From Acidobacteriota bacterium (lineage in GTDB: Bacteria; Acidobacteriota; UBA6911): DNA of 40,560 nt. The DNA lies in contig DASQID010000195.1 of the NCBI GenBank assembly GCA_035631775.1, forward strand, positions 1 to 40,560. Direction: 5' to 3'. A program made the position numbers and the translations under genes. The notes beneath the pieces were generated by a model, which saw only the letters and a program-made list of their open reading frames with translations, was not told the origin of the DNA and made no database searches. Of this stretch, positions 27,740-37,250 are shown one piece after another. How positions within the stretch are numbered: position 1 is the first letter of the stretch; every line of letters starts with the position of its first letter.

Positions 27740-30700
27740 GTGCCTCTGCAAATCTACAACAGCAACCGGATGGAGAACCTAGTTGGGGCCCTCGCAGAAA
27801 CGGTCAGGGAGCCTCTCGGATCCCCGTTCGATCCCGAAGTAATTGTCGTGCAGAGCAGGGGCATGCAGCGCTGGCTCGCCATGGAACTCGCCCGACAAAT
27901 CGGCATCTGGGCCAATTGCAGCTACCCGTTTCCTAATTCGGTGATCCTGCAATTGTTCCGCTCCGCGTTTCCGGGGCTTCCCGACGATTCCTCCCATTCT
28001 CCAGAGCTCATGACATGGATTATCCTGAATCGGCTGCCCAGGTTCCTGGACCGACAGGAGTTCTCCCCACTGAAACGTTACCTTGCCCGGGACAATAACG
28101 GCCTCAAGCGCTTCCAGCTCTGTGAAAAGATAGCCGACACTTTTGATCAATACACTCTGTTTCGCCCTGAACTGCTGCAGAAATGGGAGTCCGGCGATGA
28201 CGCAGACTGGCAGGCAATCCTGTGGCGGGAGTTGGCCGGATCTGGGGAGGGACGGCACCGCGGTCAGCTCAGGCAGGATTTTCTGCAGCTTGCGGCGTCG
28301 GGAGAATTGAGTGGAACGCATCTGCCCCGCAGGATCTCGGTATTCGGTGTCTCTTATCTGCCAAAGTACCACATGGACATCCTCAGCGCCGTGTCCAATT
28401 TTACCAACGTCAATTTCTTTCTCTTGAGCCCTTGTCGCGAGTACTGGGTGAACACGGCGAAGCACAGTGGTGAGCTGGCCGCTGGCAACTCTCTGCTGGC
28501 ATCGCTCGGGAAGCTCGGGAAAGACTTTTCCGAACTGGCAGTTGAATCGGGAGCGACTCCGGCAATACAGGAAGGCCTCTACCAGGATCCTGGAATAGAG
28601 TCGCTGCTCGCGTCCATTCAGTCCGACATCTTCAACCTGCGGGGAGTAAGGGAGGGAAATGTACGGAGGCCGATCGCTCCCGAGGATCTCTCCGTCCAAA
28701 TCCATTCCTGCCACAGCCCCATGCGGGAAATGGAAATTCTGCACGACAATCTCCTGGCACTTCTGGAAAGCAGGAAGGGGCTTGCCCCGCGCGAAATCGT
28801 CGTAATGACGCCGGACATCGAAACCTACGCGCCCTACATCACCATGGTCTTCGAGGGTTGCCAGGACTCATCCCGAAAAATCCCCTATTCCATTGCCGAC
28901 CGCAGCCTCACCAGCGAAGGGCAGGTGGCGGGGGCCGTTCTGAAACTCCTTGGTTTTCCAGGCAGCCGACTGCCGGTGACCAGCGTGATAGATGTTCTGG
29001 AAATGAAGCCTGTCCACACACGCTTCGGTCTCGGCCAGGCGGAACTCCAAACAATCCGCCGCTGGGTGCGAGAGACGCGAATTTGCTGGGGCGCGGACGA
29101 GAAGCACAGGTCAAGCCTGGGCCTTCCTGGCTATCGGGAAAACTCATTCGATGCCGGCCTTGACAGGCTCCTCCTTGGCTATGCCATGCCGGATGAGGGA
29201 GGAAAGCTATTCAGTGGGATTCTTCCGTTTGATGAGCTGGAAGGAAGCGCGGCGAAGACTCTCGGCGGATTCGCGGACTTCAGCCGCAAGATCTCGGCAA
29301 TGGCGATGAGCCTGGCAGGTCCTAGGACGCTTGCGGCATGGCGTGACGATATTTACCGGCTACTCAACGACTTCATCGAAGCAGATGCCGACTCTGCCCG
29401 CGATCTGAACGCAGTTTCCGGCATTGTGGAACACCTGGGGGACCTCGGCGTAAAAGCAGGATTCACCGGAGAGGTGGCATTGTCCGTCATCCGTTCATGG
29501 CTGAGCAAGCGCCTCGCGCAGGAGGAGAAAGGACTCGGATTTATGAGCGGAGGGGTGACATTCTGCGCCATGCTGCCGATGCGCAGCATCCCGTTTCGGG
29601 TGGTCGCTCTCGTCGGAATGAACGACGGCGCGTTCCCCAGGCAGAGCCGGCCGCCTGGTTTTGACCTGATCGCCAGACATCCTCGCCGAGGGGACCGCTC
29701 GCTGCGCGAGGAAGACCGCTACCTCTTCCTCGAGTGTCTCCTCTCCGCGCGCGATTGCTTCTACCTCAGCTACGTGGGGCAGAGCATCCGCGACAACAGT
29801 GAGCTCCCGCCGTCTGTACTGGTGAGCGAGTTTCTCGACGCCGTCAGGAACGGGTTCACGGCCGGTGATGTGAGGTTAGAAGAACGGTTGGTCACCAAAC
29901 ACCGCCTGCAGGCTTTCAGCCGGGACTATTTTAACCGTGGAAGCAGGCTCTTCAGCTACTCACAAGAGAATTGCGCGTCGCTTCTCGAAGCGGACAAGGG
30001 TCCTTGGCAGCCCACTTCGTTCATCGCCTCTGCGCTCAAGATCCCCTCAAATGAATGGAGGGACATACAGCTGCCAAGGCTTATTCAATTCTTCGACAAT
30101 CCGTCGAGATTCATTCTCGAAAACAGGCTCCGGATCCGGCTCGAAGGTGTTTCCGAGCCTCTCCAGGAACGGGAAGCCTTTAAGGTAGATGGTCTCGATG
30201 CCTATGGCCTGAGGCAGGGGATACTCGAGATCCTGCTGCAGAAAGGTGATGTCAGGGCATTCCTCCCAGTAGCACGCAGCCGGGGGATCCTTCCTCCCGC
30301 GCGACACGGCGAGGCGGCTTTTTCGAAAGCCGTTGAGGAGGTCGAAGATCTTGCTGCCAGGATCCGCGAGCGGACCACGGATTCCGCCCGGTTGGAGCCG
30401 CTCGACTTTGATCTCTCGATTGGAGAGTTCAGGCTGTCAGGCCGCCTTGACGACATCTGGCCGGAACGCAAGCTCCGGTATCGCTCTGCGAAGCTGAAGG
30501 CCAAAGACCAAGTTCACACTTGGATCGAACACCTGGTGCTCAATGCGTGTGAACTTGTCGGACTTCCTCGCGAAAGCCTTCTGCTCATGTCCGACAGAGA
30601 TGTCGGCTTTAATCGTCTGGATGACGCGCGGGACATCCTGAAAACCCTGCTCGACTTCTTCTGGTTGGGGCTGACGACTCCATTGCGGTTCTTCCCCTCG

Positions 30701-30898
30701 TCATCACTGGAATACGCAAAAGGCCTGGAATGGAACCTGGACCGTGCGAGGAAAAAATGGGAAGGGGATGACTATACCAAGGGCGAGAAAGATGATCCGC
30801 ATTTCAGGCTGTGTTTTGGCCAGGAGGACCCGTTCACGGCTGAATTCGAACAAATCGCGAAGGCTGTGCTCGGCCCGCTTGTCGAGCACAGCCAGTAG
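27740..30898 (+). CDS. recC: Exodeoxyribonuclease V gamma subunit RecC
   Basis: N-terminus LQIYNSNRMENLVGALAETVREPLGSPFDPEVIVVQSRGMQRWL is typical of RecC. The length of about 1050 aa and the position directly upstream of recB-recD agree. GTG 27740 has GGAG 6 nt upstream; TTG 27728 is the alternative. Confidence 0.9.
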   Translation: MPLQIYNSNRMENLVGALAETVREPLGSPFDPEVIVVQSRGMQRWLAMELARQIGIWANCSYPFPNSVILQLFRSAFPGLPDDSSHSPELMTWIILNRLPRFLDRQEFSPLKRYLARDNNGLKRFQLCEKIADTFDQYTLFRPELLQKWESGDDADWQAILWRELAGSGEGRHRGQLRQDFLQLAASGELSGTHLPRRISVFGVSYLPKYHMDILSAVSNFTNVNFFLLSPCREYWVNTAKHSGELAAGNSLLASLGKLGKDFSELAVESGATPAIQEGLYQDPGIESLLASIQSDIFNLRGVREGNVRRPIAPEDLSVQIHSCHSPMREMEILHDNLLALLESRKGLAPREIVVMTPDIETYAPYITMVFEGCQDSSRKIPYSIADRSLTSEGQVAGAVLKLLGFPGSRLPVTSVIDVLEMKPVHTRFGLGQAELQTIRRWVRETRICWGADEKHRSSLGLPGYRENSFDAGLDRLLLGYAMPDEGGKLFSGILPFDELEGSAAKTLGGFADFSRKISAMAMSLAGPRTLAAWRDDIYRLLNDFIEADADSARDLNAVSGIVEHLGDLGVKAGFTGEVALSVIRSWLSKRLAQEEKGLGFMSGGVTFCAMLPMRSIPFRVVALVGMNDGAFPRQSRPPGFDLIARHPRRGDRSLREEDRYLFLECLLSARDCFYLSYVGQSIRDNSELPPSVLVSEFLDAVRNGFTAGDVRLEERLVTKHRLQAFSRDYFNRGSRLFSYSQENCASLLEADKGPWQPTSFIASALKIPSNEWRDIQLPRLIQFFDNPSRFILENRLRIRLEGVSEPLQEREAFKVDGLDAYGLRQGILEILLQKGDVRAFLPVARSRGILPPARHGEAAFSKAVEEVEDLAARIRERTTDSARLEPLDFDLSIGEFRLSGRLDDIWPERKLRYRSAKLKAKDQVHTWIEHLVLNACELVGLPRESLLLMSDRDVGFNRLDDARDILKTLLDFFWLGLTTPLRFFPSSSLEYAKGLEWNLDRARKKWEGDDYTKGEKDDPHFRLCFGQEDPFTAEFEQIAKAVLGPLVEHSQ

Positions 30899-30904
30899 GT
30901 ATCG

Positions 30905-31145
30905 TACTTAGCATCTTTGGCGCTGGCTCTTGTGTAAACCACCGCTGAGACGCGGCGCACAATAATAGGGGACTCGAGCGGTAATAACCCGGAGCGGCAT
31001 AGCCGCAACCGATCGTGGTCTTTGAGAACCTTGGCGTACTTTGAGTCTTGGCGGTTTGCTTCTGAAAGCAACGCAAAGACTCCAAGTACGCGAAGGAACG
31101 CAAAGAACCCTTCGCAGACCGAAAAGAATCTTCGGATTAGTAGTA
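30905..31145. repeat. Modular hairpin repeat, family B copy 2, filling the recC-recB spacer
   Basis: 30911-30960 is about 75% alignable by eye to the 24945-25006 hairpin module. catagccgcaacc (30998). Hairpin gcgtactttgagtcttggcggtttgctt-ctga-aagcaacgcaaagactccaagtacgc (31034-31091). Terminal ttagtagta (31137-31145). Confidence 0.6.
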
Positions 31146-34100
31146 TGAAGGAACTGGACTATCTGCGGGTACGGCTTTCCGGCGCAAATCTGATCGAGGC
31201 AAGCGCGGGAACAGGGAAAACCCATGCTCTGACGTGCCTCTACCTGCGCCTGCTCATTGAGAGAAACATCACGCCGGAGCGGATCCTCGTGGTGACCTAT
31301 ACCGAGGCCGCGACCGAAGAACTGCGCGGCAGAATCCGAGGCAGGATCCGTGAGGCGCTCGATGTGTTTTCCGGCGGCCGGACAGAGGATGCATTTCTCG
31401 CGAATCTCCGGGACAACGTCAACGGAAACGGGCCCGGGACCGTAATCGCTCGTGACCGCCTCAATTCGGCGCTGAACTCCTTTGACCTGGCAACAATCTT
31501 CACAATTCACGGCTTTTGCCTCCGATCTCTTCAGGACAACGTGTTCGAAAGCGGGTCACTCTACGACACCGAACTGATAACTGATCAAACGGACATGATC
31601 CAGGAAGTGGTGGATGATTTCTGGCGCATGAAGTTCTTCGCGGAAACAGCGCCCATGATCGGATATGCCCTGCGCAGCCGATTCACGGCGGATGATCTCG
31701 CGGTCTTTCTGAAAAGGATGCTGGGCAACCCCGAGGCGGAGATCCGGCCCACCTTCTCCAAAGACAAGGTTGACTCGCTTGACAGGGACTGTCAGACCTG
31801 CTTTGCGGCAGTGCAGAAAGGATGGCGAAAGCACAGACAGAGTATCGTGTGCCTTCTGCAATCCGACCGCAGTCTTTCGCGCTCGGCAGAGCACTACCGG
31901 GCAGACGTTCTGCCGGCACTCTTCGACTCTATGGATGCCTTCACCTCCGGAGGAAATCCATTTGATCTGTTTCCCGGCTTTGAGAAGTTCGGCACCTCCG
32001 GCATCAAGAATGGGACGAAATCGAGCGGAACCGCACCGGTCCACACGTTTTTGGGGCAGTGTGAGGGCCTGAAAAAAAAGGTGGAGGAGCGTTTTCTGGC
32101 CCTGAAGTGGGAACTTGTTGCCTACGCGAGAGAGCGCCTGCCTTTGAGGAAGCGCGAGATCAACATCCGGTTTTTTGATGACCTTCTCGCGGATCTGTTT
32201 GAGGCACTGTGCGGTGAAAGCGGGAACCAACTGGCTGAAGTGCTGAGGATCAGGCACCCGGCCGCGCTCGTGGATGAATTCCAGGATACGGATCCTGTTC
32301 AATATGACATCTTCAGGAGGATTTACCGCGAGTCGGAGTGTCCCATTTTCCTGATCGGCGATCCCAAGCAGGCGATCTACGGATTTCGCGGCGCTGATAT
32401 CTTCGCATACCTCAGAGCAAAGGCAGAGGTTGATCCTGAGCGGCGCTCCACGCTCACACGCAACTGGCGTTCAACTCCCCAGCTGCTCGCCGCCTTTAAT
32501 ACGGTCTTTGGGAACGTCGCGAAACCGTTCCTGCTTGATGAGATTGCCTACCACACCATCACGCCCGGCAACCAGGCTCGCGCCGAGATTCTCCTGGTGG
32601 ATAGTGATCCCTCCCCCTTGCAAGTGTGGCACGTGCCAGCGGACCAGGACGGTGATGACCTCATCGTCGGAAAGGCCAATCAGATCATCCCAGGCGCAGT
32701 TGCCGCGGAGATCGCCCGCCTGCTTCATGCCGGGAGAAATGGAGCGGCCACAATCGGCGGCCGTCCCGTGCTTCCAGAGGATGTCGCAGTCATTGTCCGC
32801 ACCCACAAGCAGGCGGTGGCAGTCCAGACGGCCCTGAGAAGCCTCGGAATCCCGAGTGTGATGAGGAGCGACAAGAGCATATTTGCGACCGACGAGGCGC
32901 GCGACGTCTGTACGCTGCTCGCCGCACTGTTGGATCCGGGGAGCGAGTCCAAGATCCTGGCGGCACTGGTCACCGGGATATTCGGCAGGACCGGCGATGA
33001 CGTCGCCTTGCTCCTCGAAGACGAACAGGCCTGGGAAGAGTGCCTGGAGAAGTTCCGCGCATATCATCAGGCCTGGCTCGAGCGGGGATTCATGTTCATG
33101 TCACAGGCGCTGCTGACCGGTGAGGGCGTCCGTGGCCGGCTGCTCAGGAATCCCGACGGCGAACGCAGGCTTACGAATCTGCTGCACTGCTTCGAGGTCA
33201 TACACGAAGCGGCCCAGGCGTGGGGATTCGGAATTGAGGGAGTGGTCACCTGGTTTGGCGATCGGGTCAGCGGGGAGGAGGTTGCGGAGGAGTACCAGAT
33301 ACGTCTCGAAACAGACGAAAGGGCAGTCAGGATTGTCACGGTTCATCTCAGCAAAGGGCTGGAATACCCCATCGTTTTTTGCCCGTTCGCGTGGGGAGGA
33401 GTCAGGACAGATGAGGGAGTGAGCACGTTCCATGATGGCCACAAGATGATCAAGGATTTCGGCTCGCCTGAGTACGAGCGACACCGATTGGTTTCACAGA
33501 AGGAGGCCCTGGCTGAGAACCTTCGCTTGCTCTACGTTGCGCTGACAAGGGCCAGGTTCCGGTGTTACCTGGTTGGGGGAAAGATCGTCGACAGGACGGG
33601 GAAGAACAGGCCCGAGACTTCGGCCCTAGCCTGGCTGCTCCACTCGTCCGAGGAAGCGAAGGGCCCGGACGACCCGGTAGGCCGGCTGGCGCTGGAGACT
33701 AAAAGCCTGTCTGCCCGGAGAATGCGTGAGCAGTTGTGTGCCCTCGCAGCGAAGGGAAACGGGATGATCTCCGTGTCGCCCATGCCCGCTGCGACTGATG
33801 TAGAGCCGTACATTTCCGTCCGGGATGATGGCCAGCCGCTCCAATGCCGGAGTTTCGAGGGGACCATCGACCGCACCTGGCATGTCGCGAGCTTCACGTC
33901 CCTCGCGACTCACGATTCCCCCGCCGCCGAGTTGCCGGATCGGGACGAATCCGCGCCGCCGGAGGCTCAGGTCGGTCTCACCGAGAAGGCTCAGACGACG
34001 AGCATCATCGGCTTTCCCCGGGGAGCGCGGGCCGGTATTTTTCTCCACGAGATTTTCGAAAAACTCAACTTTGCAGAATATTCAGCGGAGTCCACCCTCG

Positions 34101-34738
34101 TGCAGGTGGAGCGCAGCCTTGTCAAACAGGGCTTTGGTACCGAATGGACCACGCATGTCTGCGGCATGGTCCACAACGTGATCACGGCCCCGATGTTTTC
34201 CCGCGCCGGAGTGTTTACCCTGGCCGACTTGAAGCCAGGGAGCTGGGTCACGGAATTGGAGTTCTTCTTTCCCCTGAGGTTCATCACCTCCGATAGGCTC
34301 AGGAGCTATTTCCAGAGGTGGAGCGGGCGCCATGATGCAGCCGATCTGCTGCGCATCTCTTCAGCTTTGAATTTCAGGCCCGTGAGGGGGATGGTGCGCG
34401 GTTTCATAGACATGGTCTTTGAGCACGGCGGGCAGTATTACCTCGTGGATTGGAAGTCGAATCACCTCGGAAATCTTCCGGAACATTACGGCCGGCAGGC
34501 TCTCAAGACGGCCATGGAGCGCAGCCTCTACCCGCTCCAGTATCTGCTGTACACCGTGGCCCTGAACCGGTACCTCTCCCTGCGCAATCGGAACTACGAG
34601 TACTCGACCTGTTTCGGCGGCATATTGTACGTATTCCTCAGAGGCGTGAATCGCGACGATTCCGGCATTTACTATGACCTCCCTCCCGGGGAAATGATTC
34701 GTGAGCTGACGAGTTACCTGGTGGAATCCGGGGGATGA
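31145..34738 (+). CDS. recB: Exodeoxyribonuclease V beta subunit RecB (helicase-nuclease)
   Basis: MKELDYLRVRLSGANLIEASAGTGKTHALT carries the Walker A motif. Motif II LVDEFQDTD. C-terminal PD-(D/E)XK nuclease GFIDMVFEHGGQYYLVDWKSN...YPLQYLLYTVAL. The ORF-track start at 31022 lies inside the repeat. Confidence 0.9.
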   Translation: MKELDYLRVRLSGANLIEASAGTGKTHALTCLYLRLLIERNITPERILVVTYTEAATEELRGRIRGRIREALDVFSGGRTEDAFLANLRDNVNGNGPGTVIARDRLNSALNSFDLATIFTIHGFCLRSLQDNVFESGSLYDTELITDQTDMIQEVVDDFWRMKFFAETAPMIGYALRSRFTADDLAVFLKRMLGNPEAEIRPTFSKDKVDSLDRDCQTCFAAVQKGWRKHRQSIVCLLQSDRSLSRSAEHYRADVLPALFDSMDAFTSGGNPFDLFPGFEKFGTSGIKNGTKSSGTAPVHTFLGQCEGLKKKVEERFLALKWELVAYARERLPLRKREINIRFFDDLLADLFEALCGESGNQLAEVLRIRHPAALVDEFQDTDPVQYDIFRRIYRESECPIFLIGDPKQAIYGFRGADIFAYLRAKAEVDPERRSTLTRNWRSTPQLLAAFNTVFGNVAKPFLLDEIAYHTITPGNQARAEILLVDSDPSPLQVWHVPADQDGDDLIVGKANQIIPGAVAAEIARLLHAGRNGAATIGGRPVLPEDVAVIVRTHKQAVAVQTALRSLGIPSVMRSDKSIFATDEARDVCTLLAALLDPGSESKILAALVTGIFGRTGDDVALLLEDEQAWEECLEKFRAYHQAWLERGFMFMSQALLTGEGVRGRLLRNPDGERRLTNLLHCFEVIHEAAQAWGFGIEGVVTWFGDRVSGEEVAEEYQIRLETDERAVRIVTVHLSKGLEYPIVFCPFAWGGVRTDEGVSTFHDGHKMIKDFGSPEYERHRLVSQKEALAENLRLLYVALTRARFRCYLVGGKIVDRTGKNRPETSALAWLLHSSEEAKGPDDPVGRLALETKSLSARRMREQLCALAAKGNGMISVSPMPAATDVEPYISVRDDGQPLQCRSFEGTIDRTWHVASFTSLATHDSPAAELPDRDESAPPEAQVGLTEKAQTTSIIGFPRGARAGIFLHEIFEKLNFAEYSAESTLVQVERSLVKQGFGTEWTTHVCGMVHNVITAPMFSRAGVFTLADLKPGSWVTELEFFFPLRFITSDRLRSYFQRWSGRHDAADLLRISSALNFRPVRGMVRGFIDMVFEHGGQYYLVDWKSNHLGNLPEHYGRQALKTAMERSLYPLQYLLYTVALNRYLSLRNRNYEYSTCFGGILYVFLRGVNRDDSGIYYDLPPGEMIRELTSYLVESGG

Positions 34739-34742
34739 AATC

Positions 34743-36569
34743 GTGACGAGTCAATTCGAGCTCACCACTACCGACCGCCATTTCGCCGGATTTGTGTGTC
34801 GAAAGGCGGGGAGCACGTCGACCTGGCTCGAACTCGCCGCCGCTCTTGCGAGCAACGCCGTGGGGGAAAGCCACGTCTGTTTACACTTGGCCCGTCTCGC
34901 GGGGACGATCATCCAGGTCAGTGGGAAAGACGTCCAGATGCCTGAATTCGGCCATCTGAAGGGTTGCCTGGAAGAGATGCCGGTTGTCGGCCCTCCAGGC
35001 GCCTTCCGGCCGCTCGTGCTGGACGAAAGCGGTCGTTTGTATCTTTACCGGTATTGGAAGTACGAACGGGATCTGGCGGGAGCGATCCAGGAAAAGGCTT
35101 CGGTAGTCTGTGACGTGGACGAGGCTGTTCTCAGGAGTGGATTGGATAGGCTCTTCCAACGGTCAGGGACGGAGGAGGTCGACTGGCAGAAGGTCGCGGC
35201 GGCGGCAGCAGTGAGGAGTCGATTCTGCGTGATATCCGGCGGGCCCGGCACCGGAAAGACCTCGACGGTTGTAAAGATCCTGGCGCTACTGCTCGAGCAG
35301 CGGGGTGGGAAAGCCATGCGCATTGCCGTGGCCGCGCCCACAGGAAAATCAGCGGCACGGCTCGGGGAGTCCGTCCGCTCGATGAAGAAGGAACTGAACT
35401 GCGCCGAGGAAGTAAAGAATCTGATTCCCGAAGATGTCTCGACGATCCATCGGCTGCTTGGTTTAAAGGGAGGGTCGATCCGCTTCCGTTATTCGGAGAC
35501 TAACCTGCTGCCGCATGACGCTGTAATCGTCGACGAGGCATCAATGGTATCCCTTCCACTCATGGCCAAGCTCGCGATGGCCTTGAGACGCGACGCGCAC
35601 CTGATCCTTCTGGGTGACCGTGATCAGCTCGCCTCCGTCGAAGCGGGGGCCGCCCTCGGCGATATTTGCGGCGGGAATAGGCGGGGACAGTATTCGACAG
35701 AATTCCGCGATTTTGTTGCCAGGGTTGCACTGGAACAGATTGCGGATGACCCATCCTCCGGCCCTGGCCTTCTGCTTGCGGATTCACTTGTGGTCCTCAG
35801 GAGGAACTATCGATTCAAGAGCGATAGTGCCATCGCGGCGCTGGCAGCGGCGGTCAATAGCGGGGAAGCCCGGCAGGCTGTCGCGGTGCTCGAGCAAGGC
35901 GCCAGTAGAGAGGTCATCCGGCGAAGTGTCCCCAAGCCGGGTAGGCTCAAGAAATGCCTGGCCCAAGCGGTGATCGAGGGCTATGGCGAATACCTGGCCG
36001 CTGAATCACCGGCCGAGGCTCTGCGTCTCTTCGACACCTTCCGTATCCTTTGTGCGCTGCGCCAGGGCCCCTATGGCGTTGCCGGGGTGAATGCTGCGAT
36101 CGAGGCAATTCTCGCGGAAACGGGACTGATCGATCCTGACAGACGATGGTATCGGGGACGGCCGGTGATGGTCACCGTCAATGACTACAACCTGAGGCTG
36201 TTCAACGGCGACGTGGGGATTGTGTTTCCGGATGAGAATGAGAAGGGAAAAACCAATGTTTTCTTCCCGGATTCCAAAGAGGGGGTGAGGAGGATCTCTC
36301 CGGCCCGGCTGCCTGAGCATGAAACGGTCTTCGCCATGACAATCCACAAGAGCCAAGGCTCCGAATTTGACCAGGTCATCATGCTTTTGCCGCCCCACGA
36401 CTCCGAGGTTCTTACGAGAGAGTTGATTTACACCGGCCTGACGCGCGCAAGAAAAAAAGCCGAAATCTGGACCGATGAAGAGGTGTTCGCCGGAGCCGTG
36501 AGCAAGAGCATTGAGAGGAGCTCGGGTCTGGCGGATGCGCTGTGGTCGCGTGCTGGAAATGGCTCCTGA
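34743..36569 (+). CDS. recD: Exodeoxyribonuclease V alpha subunit RecD
   Basis: Walker A ISGGPGTGKTST. Walker B AVIVDEASMV. TIHKSQGSEF. LIYTGLTRARKK. GTG lies 4 nt after the recB stop. Confidence 0.9.
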   Translation: MTSQFELTTTDRHFAGFVCRKAGSTSTWLELAAALASNAVGESHVCLHLARLAGTIIQVSGKDVQMPEFGHLKGCLEEMPVVGPPGAFRPLVLDESGRLYLYRYWKYERDLAGAIQEKASVVCDVDEAVLRSGLDRLFQRSGTEEVDWQKVAAAAAVRSRFCVISGGPGTGKTSTVVKILALLLEQRGGKAMRIAVAAPTGKSAARLGESVRSMKKELNCAEEVKNLIPEDVSTIHRLLGLKGGSIRFRYSETNLLPHDAVIVDEASMVSLPLMAKLAMALRRDAHLILLGDRDQLASVEAGAALGDICGGNRRGQYSTEFRDFVARVALEQIADDPSSGPGLLLADSLVVLRRNYRFKSDSAIAALAAAVNSGEARQAVAVLEQGASREVIRRSVPKPGRLKKCLAQAVIEGYGEYLAAESPAEALRLFDTFRILCALRQGPYGVAGVNAAIEAILAETGLIDPDRRWYRGRPVMVTVNDYNLRLFNGDVGIVFPDENEKGKTNVFFPDSKEGVRRISPARLPEHETVFAMTIHKSQGSEFDQVIMLLPPHDSEVLTRELIYTGLTRARKKAEIWTDEEVFAGAVSKSIERSSGLADALWSRAGNGS

Positions 36570-36765
36570 AGCAAAATACTATCCTCGTGCCCCAGCATCC
36601 TCACCCTTGGTCGTGGCTATGCCGCACCTGAAGGCGAGGGGTTTTCACCATCCTTCATGGGACACCAGGACGCAGATGCCCAAGATCTCCAGAATCCGTG
36701 ATGTTTTGCCTCCCATTTTTCTGATGAGACCGCCCAGATTGAAGATCTGTTAAATGGAGGTTCTC

Positions 36766-37113
36766 ATGAAGAGCTTTCATGGTGTGATTCTCCTACTAAC
36801 CTTCTCCTTGTTCATGGCCTTGGCGGCCAGACCTGCCGTTTCCGGCAACGGATCGAAAGTCAAGGTCAAGGATCAGTGTCTGACCTGTCCGCGCGACAGC
36901 AAAGGCCACATCCTGCGCGGCCGGGCGGCAAGGAAAGCCTTCAAACAATCACATCCCTGTCCCGCAACCGGAAGTATCAAAGGCCCGTGCAAAGGCTACG
37001 TCCTGGATCATGTCGTGCCGTTGTCAAGAGGAGGGCGCGACGACCTCAGCAACATGCAGTGGCAAACCAAAGCAGCGGCAAAAGCAATAGAGAAATGGCA
37101 AAGGAGGCGCTGA
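36766..37113 (+). CDS. Small exported HNH-motif protein
   Basis: GGAGG sits 5 nt upstream of ATG 36766. Signal peptide MKSFHGVILLLTFSLFMALAARPAVSG. HPCPATGSIKGPCKGYVLDHVVPLSRGGRDDLSNMQWQT carries the D-H...N HNH core. There are four Cys. Confidence 0.7.
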   Translation: MKSFHGVILLLTFSLFMALAARPAVSGNGSKVKVKDQCLTCPRDSKGHILRGRAARKAFKQSHPCPATGSIKGPCKGYVLDHVVPLSRGGRDDLSNMQWQTKAAAKAIEKWQRRR

Positions 37114-37180
37114 CACCATTTCCGAGTTGCACGGACATCTACACACCCCGCAGGTACAACTCACCAAGCGTCTTGTCTGC

Positions 37181-37207
37181 TTGACTTCATGCGATTAGTC
37201 GTATAAT
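37181..37207 (+). promoter_or_regulatory. Putative sigma-70-type promoter (TTGACT-15 nt-TATAAT) upstream of the kinase gene
   Basis: ttgact at 37181-37186 and a consensus tataat at 37202-37207, about 45 nt upstream of the TTG start. Confidence 0.35.
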
Positions 37208-37250
37208 TCGCCATATTTATCCGCTTCGTCTTGGCCAGGAAGGGGGCCGT

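Noticed and set aside
27779-28744. 321-aa ORF on the minus strand
   Set aside because: It is antisense to recC. RecC N-terminal conservation supports the plus-strand frame.
31022-31144. 41-codon N-terminal extension of RecB from a TTG start
   Set aside because: The extension lies wholly within the family-B repeat (MRTLAYFESWRFASESNAKTPSTRRNAK...). The conserved RecB N-terminus begins at ATG 31145, about 20 residues before the Walker A motif, as in E. coli RecB.
27728-36569. The recCBD operon as a candidate novel or defence-associated variant
   Set aside because: All three subunits have canonical lengths and motifs: the RecB helicase and PD-(D/E)XK nuclease, and the RecD Walker A and B motifs. 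Only the non-coding flanks are unusual, so this is ordinary housekeeping recombination machinery.
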